A DNA stretch of 64,000 nucleotides from Thermodesulfobacteriota bacterium (GCA_039715015.1 JBDLIE010000005.1:44460-108459); one strand, 5' to 3'. Positions 9,033-18,985 are shown, counted from the first letter of the stretch. Notes: a model not told the origin generated them from the sequence alone. Made by a program: numbers and translations.

Positions 9033-11129
9033 ATGATTCTGCGATGCAATGAACGTACTTTATTGCGCGCTGCCCTGGTTACCGGGACAGCGGCATTCTT
9101 TGTTTTGCCGCAACAGGTTTTTGCGGCTGAAGACCAGGTTGTCGAACTCAGTGACGTTGTTATCACGGCCTCCAGGATCAGTCAGCAGGTTAAGGATGCC
9201 CCGGTTGCCATCAGTATTGTTTCCGAACAGGAACTGGACAAAATAAAGGCCAGGAATCCGCAAGAGTTTCTTTCCAGGGTCCCAGGTGTCAACTCCAGTA
9301 ACTTTGGCGGTGAATCAGAGCTTACCTCCATCAGGATACCAACCCATTTCACCAATCCATATACCGTTGTGTTGGTTGATGGCGTGCAGTATGGCAGCTA
9401 TGGTTCCGGTAGCTCGAGCCAGTTTCGGGAGATTAACCTCAACAACATCGCACGTATCGAGGTGATCAAAGGGCCTGCCTCAGCTCTGTATGGCAGTAAC
9501 GCCATCGGCGGTGTCATTAACGTGATCACCAAGGAGCCTTCAGCTTTCCCCCAGGCCAGGATCTGGTCGGAACTGGGAGATTACAGGCAATGGCGGGCCG
9601 GCGTCTCCGGCAGTGGCGGATTTGATAAACTCAGCTATTTTATCGACGCCAATCACACCGATACGGAAGCTGCCCGGGAGCATAGTGGTGTTGATAAGCA
9701 GTCTGGCTCCGTGAAGTTGAACTATACCGCCACTGATGTGTCATTGCTGACCTTTAAAATAGACTATGTCACTGTCGAGAATGACTCCCCAGGCTCTATT
9801 AACCAGGATGATTTCGAAGAAGACTGGCTGCAGAGTTATCATAATTTTGCCTACAACAAGTCAGACAGGGTGGCACCTGCCCTCTCCTATGTCCATTATC
9901 TTGATGCTGCTGAGATGCGGGCAATTTTTGTCTTACGGGACACTGAGGAGGAAACCATACCTAACTACAGCATTCGCCAGCTGACCTTTGGCCCATTTCC
10001 ACGCCCCTATATTGGCAGTTATACAGAGGATGACAGTCTCGATATGAGCCTGCAGCTCTTATATAGTCACGACCTCTCCCTTTGGCGCAGCAAGGTAATT
10101 GTCGGCCTTGATACGGAGTATGGCAGCAAATATTCAAAGACCTATGACCTTTCGGTATCCTATGACAGCGCTCTCAACAAATATGAGAGCTATACCTTAG
10201 GGGACCTCGACAAGTCCTATGATATGACAACCAAGGTGGCAGCGCCATATCTGCAGCTCGAGAGTTCCCCTTGGAAAAAGCTGCGCATAACTGTCGGCGC
10301 CCGCTATGACTCGGCCCGGTATGAAGTTGAAGATCAATTGAGCAACAGCATTGAAAACAAGCGGGGGTTTGCCAAGACCAGCCCCAAAGCCGGTGTTACC
10401 TATGATATTAATGCCAACCTCAACACCTATGTCAGTTACTCAAAGGGCTTTGTTGTGCCCACCACTAGTCAGCTGTGGACCTCGCGCTATGACAACGCCG
10501 ATCTGGATCCTGAAAATGCCGAAAATTATGAGGTCGGTCTGCGCAGCAGCTTTATGAACAGACGTCTTAGGCTCGACATCTCTGTTTATGATATGACTAT
10601 CACAGATAAGATCGTTATCAACAACACCCCGGCGCCGAATACCCGCTACATAAATGCGGGTAAGAGCTCACAGAAAGGCATCGAGGTAATGACCTCTTAC
10701 GCGCCGCTGGAAAGCGTTCAGTTGAGTGTTGCCTACACATATGCCCGCAACAAGTATGAATCTTATAGTGATCAGGGTGTCGATTATAGCGGCAACTGGC
10801 AACCGCGCTCCCCTAAACATCACCTCAACGCCCGCCTGTCTGTATTCCCAGTCGACGGTGTAGAGGTCGAGCTGGAAATGGATGAGGTCAGCAGCCAGTT
10901 TGCTGACGACGCCAACCTTTTTGAGTACACCAGGCCTACCCTTTTTAACCTCCGCGCCTCATACTACTGGAAGCGCTTCACTTTCTGGGGCCATATCCTG
11001 AATCTTACCGATAAGGAGCATGCAAACTATATGAGCTATAGTACCTCGGAAGACACCATGACCCTCTTTCCTGGTATTGCCAGAACGGCATTTGTCGGCC
11101 TTTCCTATCGGTTCGGAGGAGACAAGTAG
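9033..11129 (+). CDS. TonB-dependent outer-membrane receptor
   Basis: Signal peptide; DVVITASR; plug motif IARIEVIKGPASALYGSNAIGGVINVITK; LDPENAENYEVG; C-terminal beta strand GLSYRF. Confidence 0.95.
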   Translation: MILRCNERTLLRAALVTGTAAFFVLPQQVFAAEDQVVELSDVVITASRISQQVKDAPVAISIVSEQELDKIKARNPQEFLSRVPGVNSSNFGGESELTSIRIPTHFTNPYTVVLVDGVQYGSYGSGSSSQFREINLNNIARIEVIKGPASALYGSNAIGGVINVITKEPSAFPQARIWSELGDYRQWRAGVSGSGGFDKLSYFIDANHTDTEAAREHSGVDKQSGSVKLNYTATDVSLLTFKIDYVTVENDSPGSINQDDFEEDWLQSYHNFAYNKSDRVAPALSYVHYLDAAEMRAIFVLRDTEEETIPNYSIRQLTFGPFPRPYIGSYTEDDSLDMSLQLLYSHDLSLWRSKVIVGLDTEYGSKYSKTYDLSVSYDSALNKYESYTLGDLDKSYDMTTKVAAPYLQLESSPWKKLRITVGARYDSARYEVEDQLSNSIENKRGFAKTSPKAGVTYDINANLNTYVSYSKGFVVPTTSQLWTSRYDNADLDPENAENYEVGLRSSFMNRRLRLDISVYDMTITDKIVINNTPAPNTRYINAGKSSQKGIEVMTSYAPLESVQLSVAYTYARNKYESYSDQGVDYSGNWQPRSPKHHLNARLSVFPVDGVEVELEMDEVSSQFADDANLFEYTRPTLFNLRASYYWKRFTFWGHILNLTDKEHANYMSYSTSEDTMTLFPGIARTAFVGLSYRFGGDK

Positions 11130-12181
11130 TGCCTTCTTTTTCAGGTGGTATACCGGGGCTTAAGGGCTCGGTCTGTTTTCTGACTTCAGTTATGCCGTTT
11201 CTTTTGCTGGGCGTTGCGACAGTGACTGAGGCGCAAGGGCTTCCCCCTTTGCGCCTCGCCCTTTCGCCCACTGCCCCTGTCGGTGAAGAATGCCTAGCGC
11301 ATGGTCAAGGCGGCCCTGCCAAGGGCGGCAAGGCTGTAGATGACCGGCGGCCGGTACTTGAGTCAGAGCATAGACCACTGCCTGTCCGCACCTACCACTT
11401 CAACGCTCATCGTCGCTTGGCCGATGTAAAGGCCTATGTCCGGCATCCCGATGGCACAGTAGATGTGCCTGAACTTCGCCTGGGGGCCAATCCGCAACTT
11501 ACTTTTAAAACACCCTTTGGCGATGGCCCCAATCATGGGGCACACAATGTCTATGTTGTCGAGCAGGGCGTTGAGGGAGATGTCCTGGTTGTCCGCACCG
11601 CAAAATGGATTGTCATGCACCATAGCTGCGGTTGGGGACATGATCAAAAATTTAATGAGCAGCTCACCCAACCTCAACCTCTTGAGTCCATTCCCATGGA
11701 AATTCTGATCTCAGACCTTTGGGACGGCAATTTCCACTTCCGGGTGACCACAGGTCAAAAACTTTCAATAACAGTGCTGCGGAATGGTCACCCCCTTGCC
11801 AAAGCCCGGGTAAGCGTGAGGAGTGAGCAAGGCTGGGTCAAAGAGGTAGATGCAGATAAAGATGGTGTCGCCACCTTTCAGCTGATCAGGGATTATTACC
11901 CCACCAGATGGCAGGAGTTTCACCGCACCCGGCGGGGCGAGTTTTTGGCCACGGCAACCTACGAGGCAGAGGAGCACGGCGAATATAAAGGGATACCGTA
12001 TGGGCGTGTGCGCTATATCACAACCCACCCCTGGACCTATGGCCCTTCAAGCTGGGACTATGCCTCCTATTCGATGGGTTTGCTGATCGCCGTCATTGCC
12101 ATGGCCCTTACCGGTGGCGGTGTATTTATCTATCGTGAACGGCGCAAAAAGCCTTATCAGGAGATTGTTTTTGAAGAGTAA
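11129..12181 (+). CDS. Exported His-rich protein with a DUF4198-like/prealbumin-like domain and C-terminal TM anchor
   Basis: Hydrophobic N-terminus; NHGAHN and MHHSCGWGH motifs; VLRNGHPLAKARV...ADKDGVATF; C-terminal TM followed by RERRKK. Confidence 0.65.
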   Translation: MPSFSGGIPGLKGSVCFLTSVMPFLLLGVATVTEAQGLPPLRLALSPTAPVGEECLAHGQGGPAKGGKAVDDRRPVLESEHRPLPVRTYHFNAHRRLADVKAYVRHPDGTVDVPELRLGANPQLTFKTPFGDGPNHGAHNVYVVEQGVEGDVLVVRTAKWIVMHHSCGWGHDQKFNEQLTQPQPLESIPMEILISDLWDGNFHFRVTTGQKLSITVLRNGHPLAKARVSVRSEQGWVKEVDADKDGVATFQLIRDYYPTRWQEFHRTRRGEFLATATYEAEEHGEYKGIPYGRVRYITTHPWTYGPSSWDYASYSMGLLIAVIAMALTGGGVFIYRERRKKPYQEIVFEE

Positions 12182-13160
12182 ACTGCAGACCGCCATCAAT
12201 AACTGTAATGTCAGCCGCTTTCGGTTTTACGTGCAGATCTTCAGCTTTGCACTCCTCGTTTATGGTGGATACCTGGCCATAAATATTGGCGACCAGTTGC
12301 CAACCTTTGCGTGTGTGTTCGATCAAATGAGGGGAGGGGCCTGCTACCTCATGGGCCTGCAGCATCAGATGACCACCCCCTTCAAGAGCTATTTCAGCGG
12401 CCGGGGCATTGGTATGCTGACTGGGCTGCTGACTTTTTTTCTCTTTTTTATCGCCCTCAACAAGGCCTGGTGCGGTTTTGTTTGCCCCCTTGGCACCCTT
12501 CAGGACTGGCTGAGCAGCCTGCGCCGTAAATTCGGGATCCGGTACGCAACGTACTCGGCACAGAATTTCAAGGGCCTCGGTACCATCAAGTATATCCTGC
12601 TGGCCCTGTTGATTCTTCTCCCCATGGCCATAGGCAACAGCTTTTTCGGCCTGCCCAAGCTCAATCATGATTTTGGCGTGCCGTTCTGCATGATTTGTCC
12701 GGGGAGAACCCTGCTCCCGGTTTTTCATGGTGATTTTTCGCAGTTCATCATCGATTTCAGTTCAAAGACCAAGATGGTCTTCACGGCCCTGGGTATGGCG
12801 GTGACAGGTATGTTATTGGCCGGCGCCTTTGCGAAGAAGCGGTTCTTCTGCCTCTTTTGCCCGATGAGCGCCTTTCACTATATCTTCCACAAGGCAGGCT
12901 TGCTGCGCCTTACCAAGGATGGCAGCAAGTGCACCCGTTGCGGAAACTGTTACCGGGCCTGTGATGTTGGTATCCATGCCATCGCCGATGACTTGACCCA
13001 TAAAAATATTATCAAGGATGATTGCATGATGTGCCTGAAATGCATTGAAGCATGCCCGGAGGAAGATTGCCTGAAGGCTTCTTTTTTTGCAATGCCGGTT
13101 TATGAGTCAAGCGCCCAAGGGTTTTTTAAAAGGATGCAGGGGAAATGTCATGGAAAATGA
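12171..13160 (+). CDS. Membrane 4Fe-4S protein (NapH/MauN-like)
   Basis: TM helices; WCGFVCPLG, CMICPG, FCLFCPM; two ferredoxin motifs CTRCGNCYRAC and CMMCLKCIEACP. TTG 12171 follows AGGAG. Confidence 0.85.
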   Translation: MKSKLQTAINNCNVSRFRFYVQIFSFALLVYGGYLAINIGDQLPTFACVFDQMRGGACYLMGLQHQMTTPFKSYFSGRGIGMLTGLLTFFLFFIALNKAWCGFVCPLGTLQDWLSSLRRKFGIRYATYSAQNFKGLGTIKYILLALLILLPMAIGNSFFGLPKLNHDFGVPFCMICPGRTLLPVFHGDFSQFIIDFSSKTKMVFTALGMAVTGMLLAGAFAKKRFFCLFCPMSAFHYIFHKAGLLRLTKDGSKCTRCGNCYRACDVGIHAIADDLTHKNIIKDDCMMCLKCIEACPEEDCLKASFFAMPVYESSAQGFFKRMQGKCHGK

Positions 13161-14463
13161 ACGACTAAGGCGAGTGCGGAAGACGACCCTTCTTCATTTG
13201 GCCATGGAGGCCAAGAACACCCTGCTGAAGATAGAAGAAGAGTTTCCCGATAACCCGGCGGCAATGGACTACTTCTACACGCTCTATAAGGATGTATTCA
13301 ACGACGAGCCGAAGCTGCCCACCGATAAGAAAATTATCGGGACGATGTGCGTCCAGGTCCCCCAAGAGCTTATACATGCTGTTGGGGCATTCCCCTTACG
13401 GTTATGCAATGGGGCTAGTGCCTATGATCAGGTAGGTGCCGAGTTTATGCCTGCCAAGTCCTGCCCTGTGGTGCGGGCGACAATGGGCATGCTTCATGTC
13501 GACCAGGCGCTGTGGGGGGAATCCCTGCAGGCCGTCGTCATCCCTACCACCTGCGACCAAAAGAAAAAATCATGCCAGATTCTTGCCGATATGGGCTACC
13601 CAGTCTATGCCCTGGACATGCCAGCGACCAAGGAGAGCGAGGCCTCTCGTTTTTATTGGCAGGAGTCGATAAAAAAATTCACCCTGGATATGCAAAAAAT
13701 AACCGGGGTGAAAATAACTGCAAAGCGTGTCCAGGCAGCCATAGCAAAAGTAGCCTCAGCATCATCCCTGTACCGGAAGTTGCAGGAATTGCGAAAATCT
13801 GATTATGCCCTGATTCTTGGCAAGGATATGTTTTTGGTCACCAATGCCTATTTTTTTGATGAAATTGATCGCTGGCAGCAGTCTGTCAGCCGGCTGGTCG
13901 CCGAATTGGAAGAACGTAAACGAAACGGCTTTAGCGCCGGCAAGCGCCAGGCCCCACGCATCCTTTTTACCGGTTCGCCACCAATATTTCCCAACCTCAA
14001 GGTTCCCATTCTGGTGGAACAGGCCGGCGGGGTTATCGTGGCAGATGAAACCTGCTCGTCGGGAAGACTTCTCTATGATTCCGTTGCCTTTGATGAAGCA
14101 ACTCTCAACGACATGATTCCCGCTCTTGCCGACCGCTCCCTGAAGCCCTGCACCTGCCCATGTCTCACCCCAAACAAGGACCGGCTGCGGAAGCTCATTA
14201 ACATGGCCAAAGAATTTGAGGCCGATGGCGTTGTCTATCAGGCTTTTTCTGGTTGCCTCCCCTATGAAATGGAGCAGAAGCAGGTTGCCAAGGCCCTGGC
14301 CGAAGCCGAAGTGCCGATGCTATATGTTGAAACCGACTATAGCCCTGAAGATATGGGGCAGCTTTCCACACGGATAGAGGCCTTTATCGAATCGATCCTG
14401 GCCCGGAGAAGAAAAAAGAAGGTTGCCCAGCTTCATCAGAAGGCAGGTGAGGAAGGCTCGTGA
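13150..14463 (+). CDS. 2-hydroxyacyl-CoA dehydratase-family protein, double-cubane cluster protein (DCCP)-like
   Basis: GTMC-x18-C-x18-C-x29-C (TTCDQKKK)-x166-C (DETC)...CTCPCLTPN...SGC; ETDYSPEDMGQLSTRIEAFIE. Confidence 0.8.
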   Translation: MENERLRRVRKTTLLHLAMEAKNTLLKIEEEFPDNPAAMDYFYTLYKDVFNDEPKLPTDKKIIGTMCVQVPQELIHAVGAFPLRLCNGASAYDQVGAEFMPAKSCPVVRATMGMLHVDQALWGESLQAVVIPTTCDQKKKSCQILADMGYPVYALDMPATKESEASRFYWQESIKKFTLDMQKITGVKITAKRVQAAIAKVASASSLYRKLQELRKSDYALILGKDMFLVTNAYFFDEIDRWQQSVSRLVAELEERKRNGFSAGKRQAPRILFTGSPPIFPNLKVPILVEQAGGVIVADETCSSGRLLYDSVAFDEATLNDMIPALADRSLKPCTCPCLTPNKDRLRKLINMAKEFEADGVVYQAFSGCLPYEMEQKQVAKALAEAEVPMLYVETDYSPEDMGQLSTRIEAFIESILARRRKKKVAQLHQKAGEEGS

Positions 14464-15275
14464 ACTACTTTGCAGGTATTGATATCGGTTCGACCTCGAT
14501 AAAGATTGTTCTGGCCGACGACAATGAACAGATTGTTGCCTCAGATGTCTGTCCGACTGGCAGTTTTTTTCATAAAAATACCATGACTGCCTTTGCTGGT
14601 TTATTGACCCAAAAAAATATCGATCGCCAGGAGGTGGTCTATATCATTTCCACCGGCTATGGCCGTAAGCTTTTCAAAGAGTCCGACGAGACTATCAGCG
14701 AGATCACTGCCAATGCCATTGGCGCCCGTAAAATCGGTGAGCGCTATGGCCAGACACGGACAATCATCAATATTGGCGGCCAGGACTTGAAGGTAATTCT
14801 TCTTGATGACGAGGGCCATGTTAAAAACTTTGCCATGAACGACAAGTGTGCGGCTGGTACCGGCCGCTTTCTGGAGATGACTGCCCGCAACCTGGAGGTT
14901 GAGGTTGATGAGCTTGGTGACTTTCATGAAAGGTGCGCCACTATTCCGTTAATCATTAACAGCACCTGTACTGTGTTTGCCGAGTCTGAGATTATCAGCC
15001 TGCTCGCCAACGGTCATGGCAAAGAAGAACTCATTACCGGCATTCACTATTCCGTTGCCAGAAGGGTAGCGCGTCTGGCAAAACGCCATGGCGTAGAGGA
15101 CATGGTCTTCTTTGATGGCGGGCCTGCCTTAAATCAGGGTCTTGTTAAGGCCCTGGAGGATGAGTTGATGCACCGGGTTGTTGTCCCCGACACTCCACAG
15201 ATTACCACCGCCTATGGTGCTGCCTTGTTGGCCAGGGACGCCTATCTCTGTGAAGACGAGGTGGTTAATGGCTGA
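14460..15275 (+). CDS. ATP-dependent [4Fe-4S] activator (BadF/BadG/BcrA/BcrD family; DCCP-reductase-like)
   Basis: GIDIGSTSIK, STGYGR, IGGQDLK, MNDKCAAGTGRFLE, STCTVFAESE. Confidence 0.9.
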   Translation: MNYFAGIDIGSTSIKIVLADDNEQIVASDVCPTGSFFHKNTMTAFAGLLTQKNIDRQEVVYIISTGYGRKLFKESDETISEITANAIGARKIGERYGQTRTIINIGGQDLKVILLDDEGHVKNFAMNDKCAAGTGRFLEMTARNLEVEVDELGDFHERCATIPLIINSTCTVFAESEIISLLANGHGKEELITGIHYSVARRVARLAKRHGVEDMVFFDGGPALNQGLVKALEDELMHRVVVPDTPQITTAYGAALLARDAYLCEDEVVNG

Positions 15276-15873
15276 ACTCTTCAGCTTTCTCGGCCTCGGT
15301 GTACTGTACGGCTGCACCATGTGTAGCTTTACCTGCCTGCCATACCTGGGCATCTATCTCATGGGTACTGGCCAGGGTTTTGGCGACGGGGTGCGGGCAT
15401 CGTTTTTTTTTCTGCTGGGAAAGGTTTGCACCTATACCTTGTTCGGGGCCTTGGCCGGGGCCTTGGGGATGGTCCTTGATTTGAGCGCCACCCAGGGCAA
15501 GGTATTGGGCCTTGTCTTGATAACGACCGGTATTTTCTTGCCCTTTGTGGCCAGGAAGCAATGCCAGGGGACTTGCCGGCAATCAGGGAAAAGACTCTCT
15601 CTCTTTTCCCTGGGCATGGCCACCAGTCTGTTACCATGCCCGCCCTTGGCTGCGGTTTTTCTTGTGGCTGCCCAAAAAGGCTCCTGGCTCCTGGGGGCAG
15701 GATACGGAGCGCTGTTCGGTCTGGGCCTTTTTGTGTCGCCGCTCCTGCTGGCTGGAGGAGGGCTGGCCCATATAACAAAGACAATCCAGTTTGAAGCAAA
15801 GGGATTCACCCCCTACCTGCAGGGTATTTCCATGTTGATAATAGTAGTGATTGGTCTGCGAGTTTTTATCTAA
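15268..15873 (+). CDS. DsbD_2/TauE-SafE/UreH-like membrane protein
   Basis: Six TMs; GCTMCSFTCLP and LLPCPPL Cys motifs; ATG 15268 after GAGG. Confidence 0.75.
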   Translation: MAELFSFLGLGVLYGCTMCSFTCLPYLGIYLMGTGQGFGDGVRASFFFLLGKVCTYTLFGALAGALGMVLDLSATQGKVLGLVLITTGIFLPFVARKQCQGTCRQSGKRLSLFSLGMATSLLPCPPLAAVFLVAAQKGSWLLGAGYGALFGLGLFVSPLLLAGGGLAHITKTIQFEAKGFTPYLQGISMLIIVVIGLRVFI

Positions 15874-15879
15874 GGGGGA

Positions 15880-16314
15880 ATGGCTATGGAATGGCTTAAG
15901 GATGTCATTGATTATGGAATAATTGGTTTCTTGCTGGTGATGAGTGTGGTTGCATGCGCCATCGCCATAGAAAGGTTCTTGGTTTTTCGTTCTATCAGGC
16001 TTGACGACTACCCCAACAAGCAGCTCTTGCAGATTGAGCTCACCAAAAAGCTGCATGTCATTGCGATCATCGGCAGCAATGCCCCCTATTTGGGTCTGCT
16101 TGGCACGGTCCTCGGTATTATGCTGACCTTCTATAATCTGGGCCGGGAAGGCTTTATGGATACCAGCGAGATAATGGTGGGTTTGGCCTTGGCCCTGAAG
16201 GTAACAGCTGTTGGCTTGGTCGTGGCGATTCCGGCCGTTTTTCTTTATAATATGCTGCTGCGCCAGGCAAAGGTGCTGATGTTGCAATGGGAGAGTACCC
16301 ATGGACGAGACTGA
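15880..16314 (+). CDS. exbB: TonB energizer ExbB
   Basis: IGSNAPYLGLLGTVLGIMLTF; LALKVTAVGLVVAIPA. Confidence 0.92.
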   Translation: MAMEWLKDVIDYGIIGFLLVMSVVACAIAIERFLVFRSIRLDDYPNKQLLQIELTKKLHVIAIIGSNAPYLGLLGTVLGIMLTFYNLGREGFMDTSEIMVGLALALKVTAVGLVVAIPAVFLYNMLLRQAKVLMLQWESTHGRD

Positions 16315-16681
16315 GTTCAATACCTTGAATGTGATCCCCCTCGTCGATGTGATGCTGGTCTTGCTGACCATTGTTTTGATGACATCGACTTTTATTGCGG
16401 TGGGCGGACTTTCCATTGAATTGCCGCAAGCCGCCGGGGAAAAAGTGGAAATGTTAAAGACGCTGACCATCGAAATAGATAGTGAGGGCACCATATTTCT
16501 TGAGGCCGCGGCAATATCACTTGCCGGGTTGACTGATTCCTTGGCCGGAACCGATAAGGAGACACCCCTAATCATCCGGGCCGACAAGAAATTGGCCTTA
16601 CAACATTTTGTTGAGGTGATGAGTGCGGCAAAGGCTTTGGGTTTCACCAAGGTAAGCCTGCAAACCGAGGTGACCTCATGA
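16301..16681 (+). CDS. exbD: ExbD
   Basis: LNVIPLVDVMLVLLTIVL; IRADK. Confidence 0.92.
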   Translation: MDETEFNTLNVIPLVDVMLVLLTIVLMTSTFIAVGGLSIELPQAAGEKVEMLKTLTIEIDSEGTIFLEAAAISLAGLTDSLAGTDKETPLIIRADKKLALQHFVEVMSAAKALGFTKVSLQTEVTS

Positions 16682-17412
16682 ATTATCAAGGCTGGGGCTT
16701 AGGAATATCCATGATGCTCCATGGCCTTTTGGCCTGGGGGCTGTTGAGCACAATTACCACTTCCACCCTGAATCCCTTGGACGGCAAGAGCCGGATAAGC
16801 CTTGATTTCTGCCTGCTGCCTCTCCAGGCGGTGGTGCTGGCACAAAGCTCACCATCTCCGCCCCAACCTAGGAAGGTGGTGAAAAAAAAACCAGCCACGC
16901 CTGTCAAGGTGCGGGAGATAGCCAAACCTGAAGCCAGCAAGAAAAAAACTGTCGTTGCCGAAAAACAACCCGATCCGGCCCAGGTTGCCCCGGCACTGGC
17001 TGAAGAACGGCTGGTTGCCAAACAGGAAGTTGGAGCTGAAGATTTGCCGCCAGCCGGCTTTAGCGAGGCTGGGCCGGGCACGGCTGACGAGGCTGCCACC
17101 GTTCCGCAGGCTTCTCTGCAAGCCGCCAAACGGCAGCAGTATGTTGATACCTATTTTTCTGATATCTGCCAAAAGATACAGCAAAACATGCGTTATCCCA
17201 AACTAGCCCGCCGTATGGGCCTGGAAGGGAAGGTTGTGGTCTCATTTATGGTTCATAAAGATGGCAATATTGATGATGTGCGTATAGTGCAAAGCTCCGG
17301 GGTGAGAATTCTTGATAAAAACGCCATTGATACCATAAAAAATACGGCCCCCTTTCCGAAGCCGCCGATCACTGCCGAGTTGATTGTGCCGATCAAATAC
17401 GGTTTGGTCTGA
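16678..17412 (+). CDS. tonB: Energy transducer TonB
   Basis: TM with SxxLH; Pro/Lys-rich linker; YPKLARRMGLEGKVVVSF...SSG...LD. Confidence 0.92.
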   Translation: MNYQGWGLGISMMLHGLLAWGLLSTITTSTLNPLDGKSRISLDFCLLPLQAVVLAQSSPSPPQPRKVVKKKPATPVKVREIAKPEASKKKTVVAEKQPDPAQVAPALAEERLVAKQEVGAEDLPPAGFSEAGPGTADEAATVPQASLQAAKRQQYVDTYFSDICQKIQQNMRYPKLARRMGLEGKVVVSFMVHKDGNIDDVRIVQSSGVRILDKNAIDTIKNTAPFPKPPITAELIVPIKYGLV

Positions 17413-18219
17413 AACCGTTGATCCTTGCAGGTCTTCTTGCCTGTAATCCCATGGCAGGTAATGTAACTGCCTGCTGTTAATGGCTTTTTCCAAGACTCTC
17501 ATTTCATCGACTTAGATACAAATCCAAAGACCTGGCAGGTATCGGCTAGGTGCTTGGATTTTGTGGTACTTGAGCGAGAATCAAACTCGAACGGGCGCAA
17601 TGTCAAACCGCTTTGAAAATTAACCTCTCAACCGCGTCCAATTTTGCCCCCTTATTTTAAACAAAAGAGATCATTTTCTGTTTTTCAACCTCCAATTCTC
17701 CCTTGTGAAGAGTGTCATTGCAGGGCCAATCAGCAACCGGTTCTTTACGGAGCGTCAGGGGCTCAGTCGGGGTGATTCTTGCCAAGGCGGTTGGCTCCTA
17801 CTCTCTGGCAATGGTGCGGTGTCACTCGCTTAAGGATTGCTGAATGTGCGAGACGAAAAAGGTCGTTAAAATTGCACTTATGGCAGAAGCAAGCTCCATA
17901 CCCTATAGATGAAGGTCCATATTCAAGGTAGTAATAGTGCAAACCTGCTGGAAAAGAAATGAACCGATCTTGATCGTAAGAATTTGGCTGGCCACGGCCC
18001 ACCAACGTAATTTTAGCAGCCACAAGAGACCAATTCGCTTGGTGTTATGAGTATTTTGCTAAGGATTCAGTCTGCTTAGAAAAGTGGGATCCATTGTGTT
18101 TGGTTGAGGTGGAAGGGAAGGTGTCGACTGAATCAAAATCAGCACATCAACCTCAAGCCCGCCAACCACCTAAGGGACACTTTCTCAATATCTTTTGGCC
18201 AAAAGGATCAACGAGACTT

Positions 18220-18238
18220 ATGCGACAATTTGCCACAT
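18220..18238 (+). promoter_or_regulatory. RegA-type box upstream of torD-psrAB
   Basis: ATGCGACAATTTGCCACAT, an imperfect palindrome identical to 8291-8309. Confidence 0.65.
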
Positions 18239-18433
18239 TTTCCCTGCCGCTAACTTGTGTTAAGGAGAATCGTTTACAAGGAAAAGGTGAATTGGCCTAA
18301 GTATGCAATGCTTATACAAAATTCATTCTCTTATTTTTTTTAACGAGTATGTAAAGCTCCTTTGAATATTTGATTCTCATTTTTTTTATTTTGTAATGAG
18401 TACACCAATATATTCTGACAACCACGGTATCTT

Positions 18434-18985
18434 ATGTCAGCAGCAGACGAGCCAATCAGGCTTGCAGAAATCTATCGTTTCCTGGCGCAGACCATGCGCT
18501 ATCCAGAGTCATCATGGTTCCATGATGACTATCTCTCTGTTTTTAAAGAGATGCTCGTTCAGCTTGAGTGGCAAGATAACGTCAATGCCCTTCCTGAGAG
18601 GATTACTGACGAGATCCTTGAAGAGATTCAGGTTGATTACACCCGCCTTTTTATCAATGCCGTTCCTCATGTTATAGCCCCTCCTTATGCCTCGGTATAT
18701 ATCGATGGTACCTTAAATAGCACCACTGCTGATAAGACCCGCGAGTATTTCCGCCAGAAAGGCTTCGATACCACAAACACCGAGTTCCCTGACCATCTTG
18801 TTACTGAACTTGATTTCCTGTCCTTGCTTGAGGATGAGAGTGAGGGCAGTAGCGAAGAATTTTTAACCCAATATTTTCGCCCCTGGTTTGAGATGTTTCG
18901 CGATCTTGTTCTAAAAGAGGTTGAAGTTTCATACATCAAATCAGCCATTGAACTAATAGATTTTTTCACCACCAATGAGACCTAA
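18434..18985 (+). CDS. TorD/DmsD-family molybdoenzyme chaperone
   Basis: DYTRLF, APPYASVY, EFPDHLVTELDF; directly upstream of a Tat molybdoenzyme. Confidence 0.9.
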   Translation: MSAADEPIRLAEIYRFLAQTMRYPESSWFHDDYLSVFKEMLVQLEWQDNVNALPERITDEILEEIQVDYTRLFINAVPHVIAPPYASVYIDGTLNSTTADKTREYFRQKGFDTTNTEFPDHLVTELDFLSLLEDESEGSSEEFLTQYFRPWFEMFRDLVLKEVEVSYIKSAIELIDFFTTNET

